A DNA stretch of 63,341 bases, counting the filler, from Candidatus Woesearchaeota archaeon CG1_02_57_44 (GTDB lineage Archaea > Nanobdellota > Nanobdellia > Woesearchaeales > CG1-02-57-44): NCBI GenBank assembly GCA_001871415.1. It is 4 parts of 4 records of this genome, joined end to end, with 100 filler letters (N's around TTAATTAATTAA, not from the genome) between each part and the next. Parts side by side here need not be neighbours in the genome. Positions count along the whole stretch, not along the records: positions 1 to 25,777 come from MNWW01000053.1; 3 more parts are not named here. The stretch is one strand, 5' to 3'. The notes below the pieces were generated by a model. The model did no database searches. It was not told the origin of the DNA and saw nothing but the letters and a program-made list of their open reading frames with translations. Positions 1 through 9,295 of the stretch are shown here, one piece after another. A program made the position numbers and the translations under genes. Positions within the stretch are counted from its first letter, which is position 1, and each line of letters starts with the position of its first letter.

Positions 1-93
1 CCGCGGTATTACCGCGCCTCGTCATTGCAGGCGGATTTTTGAATTGCAAAGCACGTCCTGAAGGACGGGGTATTCAACCCCGTGCTTTGCAAT
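1..93 (+). repeat. Partial copy (3' 93 nt) of 136-bp palindromic repeat element
   Basis: Identical to 57435-57527 and to the reverse complement of 63111-63203; truncated by the window/contig start. Confidence 0.95.
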
Positions 94-205
94 AAGGATA
101 GAAAGGCATTGAAAAGAACATACGAAGCATCCAAAAGGATGCAATAGAAAAGAAAATGAAAGAAATGAAAAAATTGGCGCTACGCGCCTGTGCAATGTAG
201 TTCGT

Positions 206-1102
206 TCAGGTGTAGCTTACCAATTCCGTCACACTGGTGACATCGTCCGATGTCAGCGTGACTCTGACTGGTATAGGAACACCGTCGGCCATATAGTACT
301 TGACCGCGTCAAGCTCATACACCTTTGTCTGGAATGTTCCCAGCGGAACAGTGACCATCTCGCTGCCGATGAGCGTCATGGTCGGCGTGTCAGTCCTGCC
401 AGCGGCGTTCGCGCCTTCCTTCGGGCACTCACCCGCGTTCTCATACGTCTGTCCCATGACTTCCGTGCTGCTGGTCATCTTCAGGCAGCTGTAGGTGCTC
501 TTGTCGACCCATAGGTTGGTGGTGCTGGTATAGCCGCTGCCAGAGACGTCGATTACCTGTTTCCATGCCGCTTTGCCATCGACCGTATCAGTGCTGAGCG
601 CGTAGGAGAGATCGCTCGTCTGCGTCTGGCCTTGTGAGGTGGTGGTGCTGCGGTACATGAAGCTGGAGATGCTGCCATACCGGTAGACATCAGTCATCGC
701 GACGGTCTCTCCAGCGCTCGAAGCGCTGTCGTCCATCGTGGAACTGTCAGAGCCAGTATCATCCATCGTCTGACCATCAGAACCTGTGTCATCCGGCAGG
801 GAATCATCTTCGCCAGTGGCATCCGTGGTGCCTTCATTGCTTCCTGCATCGTCCATCATAGAGCTGTCCGAACCGCTGTCATCCACCGTGCCCCCCTGAT
901 CAGCGTTTGCATCAGTCATGGCGCCCCCATCCTCAGTCCCGCCCATGGCATTGTCAGCAGCCGGCGCGCTCTGTCCTGAGTCATCCATGGCATTGCTGCC
1001 AGGGTCAGTAGATGGATCCGTCGTCTTCGTATCGCTTCCAGTACCAGTGGTACAGGCAGCGAGCACAACAAGCAATGCCAATGCTGCAGGTAGATATCTC
1101 AT
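206..1102 (-). CDS. Lipoprotein with Asp/Ser/Gly/Met-rich repetitive linker and C-terminal beta-rich domain
   Basis: GAGGTGA SD before MRYLPAALALLVVLAAC (lipobox LAAC); repeated (M)DDxGSD units. Confidence 0.8.
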   Translation of the reverse strand: MRYLPAALALLVVLAACTTGTGSDTKTTDPSTDPGSNAMDDSGQSAPAADNAMGGTEDGGAMTDANADQGGTVDDSGSDSSMMDDAGSNEGTTDATGEDDSLPDDTGSDGQTMDDTGSDSSTMDDSASSAGETVAMTDVYRYGSISSFMYRSTTTSQGQTQTSDLSYALSTDTVDGKAAWKQVIDVSGSGYTSTTNLWVDKSTYSCLKMTSSTEVMGQTYENAGECPKEGANAAGRTDTPTMTLIGSEMVTVPLGTFQTKVYELDAVKYYMADGVPIPVRVTLTSDDVTSVTELVSYT

Positions 1103-1195
1103 GGTGTTCACCTCAATATGACTCAATAGTGGTGAGCACCGCCCATTTATTAGTTTGGCGGCCCGAACGTCCTAGCAGCGGACATAATAATATAA

Positions 1196-1927
1196 ATGCC
1201 CCTCTTGTCCGAAAAGGCCATGCTCAATCGTCCTGACATAGACGTGCTCCTCAAGCGCAATGAGGAGCATTGCGAGAAGCACAAGGGAGATGCGCTATGC
1301 CTGCGCATCGTGGCAGTGGCCGACCTACCTACCAGATTCGGAACATTCCAGATTGTCGCGTTCTTCAACAACAAGGACGGCAAGGAGCATGTCGCACTGG
1401 TACATGGCGATATCTGCGATAGTACGGACGTACCCGTGCGCCTGCATTCTGAATGCCTGACCGGTGACGCTCTCGGCTCATTGCGCTGCGATTGCCGCGA
1501 CCAGCTCATCATCGCGATGAAGAAGGTCTCTGCCATGGACAAGGGAATCATCCTCTACCTGCGCCAGGAAGGACGAGGCATAGGGCTGCTCAACAAAATA
1601 AAAGCTTATCAGCTGCAGGATGGCGGCATGGACACCGTAGAGGCGAACAGAGCATTGGGATTCGGTGATGACGAGCGCGACTACGCCGTCGCGGCCGAGA
1701 TGCTACGCGCGCTGACTGTCAAGTCAATCAAGCTCTTGACCAACAATCCGAATAAGATGCAGCAACTGGAGAAGCATGGCATCAACATAACAGGCCGCAT
1801 CCCGGTGCTCATCGAACCAAATGAGTTCAACCGCGATTACCTGGATACCAAGCGTCGCAAGGCGGGGCATATGCTCGATGATCTGCTCAACGGCACCGTC
1901 AAGGGAGAGAAGAGCAGCAGGGAATAG
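1196..1927 (+). CDS. ribA: GTP cyclohydrolase II
   Basis: VRLHSECLTGD, SLRCDC, YLRQEGRGIGL, LLTNNP motifs; TATA-like AATATAAA overlapping the listed start, so the true start may be the Met at 1220. Confidence 0.95.
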   Translation: MPLLSEKAMLNRPDIDVLLKRNEEHCEKHKGDALCLRIVAVADLPTRFGTFQIVAFFNNKDGKEHVALVHGDICDSTDVPVRLHSECLTGDALGSLRCDCRDQLIIAMKKVSAMDKGIILYLRQEGRGIGLLNKIKAYQLQDGGMDTVEANRALGFGDDERDYAVAAEMLRALTVKSIKLLTNNPNKMQQLEKHGINITGRIPVLIEPNEFNRDYLDTKRRKAGHMLDDLLNGTVKGEKSSRE

Positions 1928-1958
1928 CTGCGACGCAGTGCCTGCCCATCATCCGCGC

Positions 1959-2366
1959 TCAACCGAGGGCGCCTTGAGGATATATGACCCATTGCGCCTT
2001 CCCCGGCAGCCGCGAGCAGAATCCTGCACGCACATCCCCTATTGCGGGTATATTCATCCAGCCCTTGCGCGTCTTGAGCAGGAAGTGCCCGAGCGGATAC
2101 CGTGTCGACGACCCTACAAAGACAATCGCGCCTTCTTTGCGCAGCAGCGCGCGGTTCTTGCCCGTGACTTTGCGCCACGCATACCGTAGCCCTGCCTTCT
2201 GCAATGCAGCGACAACCTCAGGGCAGTAGTACCCGCGAAAGCCCGCATGCTCCTGGTGCGTAAAGAGCTTCAGCGCGGCAGCATAGCTGATGCCGCACGC
2301 GCTCGCGACGCACGCGACTGCGCATCCTGTGCAATGCTCCTGAGCGATTGGTTTTGGTTGTATCAT
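1959..2366 (-). CDS. Peptidase C39-like small cysteine protease domain protein
   Basis: QEHCTGCAVAC (Q...C) and downstream GHF, resembling the C39 catalytic Cys/His. Confidence 0.6.
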   Translation of the reverse strand: MIQPKPIAQEHCTGCAVACVASACGISYAAALKLFTHQEHAGFRGYYCPEVVAALQKAGLRYAWRKVTGKNRALLRKEGAIVFVGSSTRYPLGHFLLKTRKGWMNIPAIGDVRAGFCSRLPGKAQWVIYPQGALG

Positions 2367-2422
2367 GGGTCATCAGCAAAGACATGCAGGGAAAGGAAAT
2401 AGATGGGGAAAACAAACATATA

Positions 2423-2506
2423 TGCGGGGGGAGGGGTTCGAACCCACGTACCCACTAAGGGAACAGATCTTGAGTCTGTCGCATTTGACCACTCTGCCAC
2501 CCCCGC
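2423..2506 (-). tRNA. tRNA-Leu(CAA), CCA not encoded
   Basis: GCGGGGG acceptor stem, D-arm TGGCAGAGTGGTCAAATGC, anticodon stem ACAGA-CTCAAGA-TCTGT, long variable arm, GGTTCGAACCC T-loop. Confidence 0.95.
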
Positions 2507-2591
2507 AGGGTATGCAACCGATAGAGCCGAAAAGAGCCTCCTTCTTAAAAGGTTTGGGATAAGAGGCTGAAGATGAGCGCCAGCAGGACCA

Positions 2592-2996
2592 TCATCCGAT
2601 AGGCATGAGCCTGGAGAAGTCAACAGCCTGCAGCATCCTCGCGACGGGCCATAATGCATTTTCTTGCAGCAGCACCGCCACCAGGAACAGTATCACGACC
2701 CCAAGCAGGTAATACTGCACCTTCTGGTCAGCCACCGAGATAGAAAGATAGCAATGCCAGCCGATGATGGTCACCTGCCTGACCAGGAAGCCTACCCCGA
2801 CCAGGAGAAGAACACTGCCAAGCCGCAGATATGGAACCCGGATAGCGTTGAACGCCGGCGTTCCCCGCCAGAGCACCAGCACGAGCAACAGCAACGCAAC
2901 AAGCGAAAGCACGTGGAAGCTCAGCTGCTCGCGCTCGCGGCACAACAGAGTGTGCCGTCGCCTGGCCAGGATACGTCGATATTCATGATGCTCCAT
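2592..2996 (-). CDS. Hypothetical membrane protein (about 3 TM)
   Basis: Three hydrophobic segments; upstream TTTTATA. Confidence 0.6.
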   Translation of the reverse strand: MEHHEYRRILARRRHTLLCREREQLSFHVLSLVALLLLVLVLWRGTPAFNAIRVPYLRLGSVLLLVGVGFLVRQVTIIGWHCYLSISVADQKVQYYLLGVVILFLVAVLLQENALWPVARMLQAVDFSRLMPIG

Positions 2997-3207
2997 GCGT
3001 TCGCACCTCAGCAGGTTCTATAAAAAAGTGCGTTACTCGAAGTGAGTCGCAATCAATCGAATGCCCGTCAGGAGTGGTGAGAAGTGAAGCACGAGAGATC
3101 CTGATGCCCAAAAGAGAGAGAGGACGACTGCACTGATCGATGAGAAGGTGTCGATGCTATCGGTTAGCATTGAAGGACAAGTGGAGAAACAAGAGCATCC
3201 TGCAGCG

Positions 3208-3624
3208 TCACATCGCGTGCATCTGCTCTTCGATGCTCGCTATCTCGCGCTCCAGCTTCTGCAGCTCCGTCACCTGCTTTGGCGCAGGAGGTATGGGCGT
3301 TGCCTTTGCGCCTTTCTTTGCGCCCTTGCCGACCTGTTTGAGAGACTCAGCTTGTTTCGTGGGCTTTGGCGTTTCAGGGACGCTTGGCAATACGCTCTTG
3401 AGTTTCGCGATGGCCTTGCCAAGGTCTTTCATGGTCGATCGCAACTGACCAGTCAATTCGAGCCGCCGCTGCTTGATATGCTTGAAGCGCTCATAGCTAT
3501 GCAGGGTCTTGAGCGTGATACGCGAAGCTTCCAGCAAGGTACGACGAAGCTCGACAGGCTGCTGGACGCCAACGTAGTAGATGTCTTCCTGCCCTGCCGC
3601 CTTTTTCGCTTTTGCTGCTACCAT
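3208..3624 (-). CDS. Hypothetical coiled-coil protein
   Basis: Helical heptads; co-oriented with two related genes upstream. Confidence 0.75.
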   Translation of the reverse strand: MVAAKAKKAAGQEDIYYVGVQQPVELRRTLLEASRITLKTLHSYERFKHIKQRRLELTGQLRSTMKDLGKAIAKLKSVLPSVPETPKPTKQAESLKQVGKGAKKGAKATPIPPAPKQVTELQKLEREIASIEEQMHAM

Positions 3625-3678
3625 GAGGTTCACGTGTTTGGGATAATTATGCGTCGATTGTATGGATGATGCCCCTGT

Positions 3679-3903
3679 CTACTGATCCGCGAAAAGCGCC
3701 TTATCAATCGCGGTTATTTTGCTTTCTATCTCGTCTATATTGCTCTGCCATTGCTCAAGCTCCGCGTCCTCCTCTTCCTTGAGCGTCGCTATCTCATGCA
3801 GCAGGCTGCGCGCCTCGACCATCTTGCCCTTGACCAGGTTGACCGTGTCAAGGACATCCTTGTACTCATCTATCTTGACAAACACCGGGACGTGGGGATT
3901 CAT
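3679..3903 (-). CDS. Small coiled-coil protein (PVFVKIDEY...WQ...IDKALF)
   Basis: GAGGTG SD; heptad pattern; aligns without gaps to the C-terminus of the upstream gene. Confidence 0.8.
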   Translation of the reverse strand: MNPHVPVFVKIDEYKDVLDTVNLVKGKMVEARSLLHEIATLKEEEDAELEQWQSNIDEIESKITAIDKALFADQ

Positions 3904-3968
3904 GCTCTGCACCTCTTTGGTAATATGGTCGATAGTTGATTATCAGTATCAGTCTGCGCGTCGTGCCC

Positions 3969-5219
3969 TCATTGTTGGAACAGGCTCTTGTCCAGGAAGA
4001 TGAGCTTGCGCTGCACGTCTTCCATAGCATCCTGCCACTGGTGGAACTTCGCCTCTTTTTTTGTCTCGAGCTCGTGGATTCTGGAGAGACTGGTATCAGC
4101 GCCGCTGAATTCCTTGCGGAGGTCACCCAGGGATCCTATCAGCCCATGGTAGTGCACGGCATCGACATATCGAGGCCCTCCATCGTGCCCACCAACGCCC
4201 ATAGGTCGCGGGGGCATGGCGACCGGCCTGCTGACCACGTGCGCGAGAGGAACTGCATTGTTCTCCTGCGTGCGAGGCATGCTTCCTGCCAAAGGCCTCT
4301 GTGGGGGCGACCCTGTGGCATGCTCTGCCGGAGACTTGCGCATAGGCGTGACCTGCGGCTCTGGCTTGTGGATAGGCTCGAAAGATTGTGCGTGAGGGTG
4401 CGGCGGTAGCTGAGGCATATCATCCGCGATACCTGTATCATGACCAACATCGTGAGTCGGCATATCACCGCCATAGCTCGGATAGGCACGGAACGCTGGT
4501 TTTGCCATCGGCCGGGGCGCTTGCTGGTGACCAGCGCTCGACCCGGTGACAGGCGCCTTTGGCAGCGGCGGCAGGAGCATCTGCCCGCTCAGGTCATGTT
4601 CAGCAGGAGGATCTGGCACAGAGCCGAAGTGCTCATCACTCCAGTTGTGTTGATCTTCATGAGCTTCATCATGGCTGGAATGCATCGTCGGAGGCAATGG
4701 CGGCGCATCCAGCTCTTGGGGGCCATGATTCACACCATTGGATGACCATGCTGGTCGCTGGGAAAAAAAGGACGATTCGCCCATCTGCTTGGGCAGGGCA
4801 AGTCGCGAGGAAGACGCCTGCGATGCCAACGGAACAGGTGGCGGTGGCAGCGGAGGCATCGAGACCGGCTCATAGTCCCTGTGAGAGGGACTGCTGCCCC
4901 ACGCGCCCGCTGCGGCGTCATGCTGAGGCATGCGCGGCGGCAGAGGGGGCATAAAAGGACCTGCAGAGCTAGGAGGCATAGGAGGCATGGGCGGCAAGGA
5001 GGGAAGAGAATGCATCGACGGACCCTGCGCTTGTCGAGGTGCTGGCGGCATACCAGATGGCCCTGAAGGAGAATCATCACGCATATTCGGCGGCCTGGGG
5101 ATGTCATGACCACCAAAGACCATGCTGCTGGGCGGCGGCGGAGGCATGAGGTAATCGGGCTGATGCTCAGCGTGCTGCGTCGATCCGGAGCCCCCCTTCT
5201 TTTTCAGAAAATCCAGCAT
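3969..5219 (-). CDS. Proline-rich disordered protein with C-terminal coiled-coil domain
   Basis: GGTGA SD before MLDFLKKK; poly-Pro tracts; C-terminal 68 aa similar to the 3679-3903 product. Confidence 0.8.
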   Translation of the reverse strand: MLDFLKKKGGSGSTQHAEHQPDYLMPPPPPSSMVFGGHDIPRPPNMRDDSPSGPSGMPPAPRQAQGPSMHSLPSLPPMPPMPPSSAGPFMPPLPPRMPQHDAAAGAWGSSPSHRDYEPVSMPPLPPPPVPLASQASSSRLALPKQMGESSFFSQRPAWSSNGVNHGPQELDAPPLPPTMHSSHDEAHEDQHNWSDEHFGSVPDPPAEHDLSGQMLLPPLPKAPVTGSSAGHQQAPRPMAKPAFRAYPSYGGDMPTHDVGHDTGIADDMPQLPPHPHAQSFEPIHKPEPQVTPMRKSPAEHATGSPPQRPLAGSMPRTQENNAVPLAHVVSRPVAMPPRPMGVGGHDGGPRYVDAVHYHGLIGSLGDLRKEFSGADTSLSRIHELETKKEAKFHQWQDAMEDVQRKLIFLDKSLFQQ

Positions 5220-5465
5220 TCCCAAAGTGTCACCCTGCAGGTATTGCAAGCTAGTGGCATATTAAAAGGTTTCGTTTGCTCCCAGACGCTGGCGACATAT
5301 GCCTCTGGAGCTGAAAAAACCAGGCTTGCCCCGAAAACCGCCAAACCTCAACGCCACAGGGGCAAAACCACCATTCCGAGAGCCCATAATCACAAAAAAT
5401 AAATAGGACAAGGTGCCCATACAAAAGTGATATCACTCTGAAATGGAAATAACACGGGGGTCACG

Positions 5466-5726
5466 ATGGCAGACGACAAAAGAAAATCAAGGGAACTTCT
5501 GGGAAAGACAATTGTGAGCAAGAATGGACGCAAGTTCGGCGAGGTCGGAGACATCATCTTTGAGACCAAGTCCGGCGAGCTCATCCACATGGTCATCGCC
5601 AACCCGACGCCCTACACCGAGAAGCTGGAGCTGGAGAAAGACCGCAACGGCAGGTTTTTGATACCGTTCTCCGCGGTCATCGCGGTCGGCGACTTCATGG
5701 TCATCGCTGAGGAAGATATCATATAG
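5466..5726 (+). CDS. PRC-barrel domain protein (CdpB-like)
   Basis: LLGKTIVSKNGRKFGEVGDI...IPFSAVIAVGDFMVI is the canonical single PRC-barrel pattern. Confidence 0.9.
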   Translation: MADDKRKSRELLGKTIVSKNGRKFGEVGDIIFETKSGELIHMVIANPTPYTEKLELEKDRNGRFLIPFSAVIAVGDFMVIAEEDII

Positions 5727-5860
5727 GCGGAGTGCTCATCAGACAGGTCAGCTAATTAGACCCGAGAAGCGCATTGCTGCGGGCAAGACCCTGCCAAGCG
5801 ATGATGGTGCAGGCCCTGTTCCTAGCTCCCTGACAAGAGACAGCCACAGGAAGCATCACC

Positions 5861-7609
5861 TTATCGCAGACTGCCCAACGCCCCCACGTCCAATTCCACC
5901 GCGACCACGGGAAGCTCCATGCCGAATTTCGCAAGCACCTCTGGCGACACCTCGCCGATGATGCCTACTTCCCGCCCTTGCTTTCCGTTCTCACCGATGA
6001 GCATGACCGCAGCCCCTCTGCCTGATATAAACAGTGGATGGTCCTGCTCCATGACAGAGACAGCAGAGCCATCATCCCCGAAGAGCCCGAACCCACGCAG
6101 CAGCACGTCCGCGACCTGCCGCGCTGCGGTGTAATCGACAACCGAATCGCACAGCACGATACCTATCTTCTCGTGGTCCACTGCCACCGTATGTCCCCCC
6201 TCACCAGCCCCCTTGACTCCTTTTGACGTCTTAGCCACACCAACTTGTTCCAGCACCGTGACTGCCCCCTGCTCGAACAGATGCTGCGGGTAGCCGCGAT
6301 GCTTGTTCTTGGACAGCACCGACAGCAGCCCAGGAAGCAACCACGACCGCACGACAGAATACGTCTCGCTCATGTACTCCTTTATCTCGACCGTGCCGAT
6401 ATCAGGAGTACAGGTCTTGTCATACAGCAACTCCTTGCTCGTGAGCATGGCGGAAAAGACTTCTTGCATGCCCAGGCCTACGCAGAGCTCACGCGCCTTG
6501 TCGCACGCTGCGACAAGCGGCGTAGACCTGCCGACCGTATAGCTCGTCAATGGCAGACTCCCCATATTTTCGAATCCATACGCGATGCCTATATCCTCGA
6601 TGACATCGACCGGATGCATGATATCATGACGCCAGGCCGGGACCACGATAGAACCATCAGCGTACCCGAGCCGCGCTTTGCCCAGCAGTCGCTTCATGCG
6701 CGCGTCGTCGAGCGCGACGCCGAGCAGCGCCGACGCGTCAGCGACAGAGACGATGATCCTCTGCGCTTCGAGCACCGGTGTCGCGACAATCCTGTCAGTG
6801 TACTGCACCTGTACGCCTTCAATCACATACCCTCTATCTGCCAGCGCCTGCGCGAAGACTGCCGAAGAGAGATTGACCGCCTCCTCGTCCAGCCCCGTGG
6901 CTTCGAACAGGAACTCCGTATCACCAGTCTCAAGCCGTCCAAGATCATCGCTGTTGATGATGGGCGGAAAGCTCAGGACTTTCCCAGAAGCATCCATGAA
7001 TATCGGATAGTGCTTATGACCTGCGAGCACCCATGCATACTCTTTGCCTTTGGGATGCGTCGCCAGTATCTCAGAGAGGTCCATCTCACCATCGCCTTCC
7101 AGCGGCACGAACCGTACGCTCTCAGGCGCGACTGCTTTGTAATGCAGTGGCCAGCTCAATGTCGACGAGCGATACAGGCCGATGCTCACCTTCTGCCTGC
7201 GTCTGCCATACCCTTCGCAGAATTTCTCCTGCAGCTGGATGAGCTGCTTGAGCAGGTAGTCGTCAAGCGCCTTTCCCTTGGCGATGAAGCTGACAAGGTA
7301 CGGGCGCACCGAAGCCACGCTGGGATCGACAATCACCTGACGTGACGAATCGCCTTTCCGTTCTACTGGCAAGGCAGGGATGCCCTGCTCTATGCCAAGC
7401 AACCCTTTGAGCAGCCGTGCGATGCCCTCGACGCTCCAGAGGTAAGGGAGATTGGTGTCATCAAGCGAAACAGAGACCTCGCCCGTTTCTGAATCCACGC
7501 CTTCCGCCTCCCCTTTGCAGCAAGCGAGCAGCGCGACGAGCTCTTCCTGTGACAGTTCCTTGCCGACAAGCGCGCACAGGTCATCATGGGAGAAGGTGAT
7601 GGTGGGCAT
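5861..7609 (-). CDS. pheT: Phenylalanine--tRNA ligase beta subunit (archaeal type)
   Basis: MPTI start, LWSVEGIAR, LSFPPIINS, RHDIMHPVDVIEDI motifs. Confidence 0.95.
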   Translation of the reverse strand: MPTITFSHDDLCALVGKELSQEELVALLACCKGEAEGVDSETGEVSVSLDDTNLPYLWSVEGIARLLKGLLGIEQGIPALPVERKGDSSRQVIVDPSVASVRPYLVSFIAKGKALDDYLLKQLIQLQEKFCEGYGRRRQKVSIGLYRSSTLSWPLHYKAVAPESVRFVPLEGDGEMDLSEILATHPKGKEYAWVLAGHKHYPIFMDASGKVLSFPPIINSDDLGRLETGDTEFLFEATGLDEEAVNLSSAVFAQALADRGYVIEGVQVQYTDRIVATPVLEAQRIIVSVADASALLGVALDDARMKRLLGKARLGYADGSIVVPAWRHDIMHPVDVIEDIGIAYGFENMGSLPLTSYTVGRSTPLVAACDKARELCVGLGMQEVFSAMLTSKELLYDKTCTPDIGTVEIKEYMSETYSVVRSWLLPGLLSVLSKNKHRGYPQHLFEQGAVTVLEQVGVAKTSKGVKGAGEGGHTVAVDHEKIGIVLCDSVVDYTAARQVADVLLRGFGLFGDDGSAVSVMEQDHPLFISGRGAAVMLIGENGKQGREVGIIGEVSPEVLAKFGMELPVVAVELDVGALGSLR

Positions 7610-9219
7610 CAGGCAAACCTCGCATTGCGTAGTGTGGCGACATCCGCACTGAACAGTTCGCGTATATCATTGATCCCGAGCTTGAACATGGCAAGCCTGT
7701 CGACACCGATGCCCCAGGCGATGACAGGAACCGACACACCAAGCGCGTCGCGCATCTCCGGTCGGAACATACCGCTGCCGCCAAGCTCAATCCATCCCAT
7801 GTCAGGATGCTTCGCATAGAGCGCCGCGCTTGGCTCCGTGAACGGAAAATACGCCGGGACGATGCGCGTCTCTTTCGCGCCAGCGATCTCACGGGCGAGC
7901 AATTCCAGCAGCCCAAACAGATGTCGCATGGTCAATCCTTCTTCCGCGACGATGCCTTCGACCTGGTTGAAATCAGGAAGGTGTGTCGCGTCGATGACAT
8001 CGTAGCGAAAGCACCGTGCGATGGCGAAGTATTTACCAGGCACCTGCAGGCCAGGAGACGCCAGCATACGCGCAGAGAGGGCGGTGCCCTGTGTACGAAG
8101 GATGTTCCGCCGTGTCCTCTGATCATCAAAGTCATAACGCCAGCCCTTGCTGCCCGTCGCCCCCCCATGTTCATGCGCCGCCTTGACCTTGGCGACCAGC
8201 GCGGCAGGCAGCGACGGATCAGAGGCAGGTTCCTTGACAAAGTACGCGTCATGGATATCCCGGGCTGAATGGAACTGTGGCATATAGAGCACGTCCATGT
8301 CCCAGAATTCGCTCTCGACGATGGGCCCTTGCATCTCAGAGAATCCGAGAGCCATGAACTGCTCTCGGACAGAATCCAGGAACGCGCGATAGTGCTGCCT
8401 GCGCCCGACAGTCCGCTTCGGCACAGGAGCAGTGACATCGAATCTGCGGAACGGGACATCCTTCCAGCTGCCGTCCCTGAGCATCTCCGCCGTCAATTTT
8501 TCAGCGAGCCCTGCTTTGTCGAGCGCATCCCAGTGTGATAACAATTCCTTGCCTGCAGAAGTAAGCGCTACGCTGACCTCCTTGCTCTTGCGAACCTCCA
8601 GTATCTTCTTGCGCGAAAGCAGCTGGGATAGCGCATGCTGCTCTTCGGGAGCAAGCTTTGGCCTGTCTCGCGGAAACGTTCCCGAGAGAAACTTGTCCTC
8701 AAGACCTTGCTTGCCTCGCATCGCTTCGCCAGCCACGGTCAATGAAAGCATCGGTCCTTTGTCTGATGCAGTGATAGTGAGCGCCGCCTTGCCGCGAAGA
8801 ACACCCATGCTCGCTGATGCTTCCTGCACATCGAGTCCTGCTTTTTTCGCAGCATCTGACAGGCACGTCGGTTCATCCAGCACGACCAGCAACCGATGCT
8901 CAGGCAATCCTTTCCTAGAATACTCCTGACCAAGCAATGTCAGCGCTACTTCCTCGCGCTCTTCCTCGGAAGTAACGACAAGCCCCTTGTTGGCGAGCCA
9001 GAGCAACGCCCTGCTGACCGAGACTTCCTCCATGCCGCTCTTTGCCACCACGTCAGAAAGAGGCAATTGTTTTTGCCCACTTGCTCCCGCGAGATGAGGC
9101 AGCACGCCGCGTTCCATGGGATGCAATGACGCATACAGCTTGCGCTGCGCTGCGCTCGCCTCGTCCATGCGCTTTCCTCGCGCACCCTCAGCATCGACGC
9201 TGTCCGCAGTCTCGTTCAT
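7609..9219 (-). CDS. pheS: Phenylalanine--tRNA ligase alpha subunit (archaeal long form)
   Basis: HSARDIHD, LRTQGT, FRYDVIDATH, YFPFTEPS, GIGVDRLAM; TTTAATA box about 24 nt before the Met at 9219. Confidence 0.95.
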   Translation of the reverse strand: MNETADSVDAEGARGKRMDEASAAQRKLYASLHPMERGVLPHLAGASGQKQLPLSDVVAKSGMEEVSVSRALLWLANKGLVVTSEEEREEVALTLLGQEYSRKGLPEHRLLVVLDEPTCLSDAAKKAGLDVQEASASMGVLRGKAALTITASDKGPMLSLTVAGEAMRGKQGLEDKFLSGTFPRDRPKLAPEEQHALSQLLSRKKILEVRKSKEVSVALTSAGKELLSHWDALDKAGLAEKLTAEMLRDGSWKDVPFRRFDVTAPVPKRTVGRRQHYRAFLDSVREQFMALGFSEMQGPIVESEFWDMDVLYMPQFHSARDIHDAYFVKEPASDPSLPAALVAKVKAAHEHGGATGSKGWRYDFDDQRTRRNILRTQGTALSARMLASPGLQVPGKYFAIARCFRYDVIDATHLPDFNQVEGIVAEEGLTMRHLFGLLELLAREIAGAKETRIVPAYFPFTEPSAALYAKHPDMGWIELGGSGMFRPEMRDALGVSVPVIAWGIGVDRLAMFKLGINDIRELFSADVATLRNARFA

Positions 9220-9295
9220 GGGCGTCGCAAACCTCCTGCTGCTATTAAACATTTGTGGTTAGCGATAACGGTAGCGCAGGCAGTCACGCGGAGCA

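Noticed and set aside
1..93. Palindromic repeat as a CRISPR array
   Set aside because: Copies are dispersed and 136 bp long, with no repeat-spacer periodicity and no cas genes
6245..7345. 366-aa plus-strand ORF and many similar long antisense ORFs (e.g. 13758-14609, 24280-25194)
   Set aside because: Shadow frames of well-supported genes in GC-rich DNA
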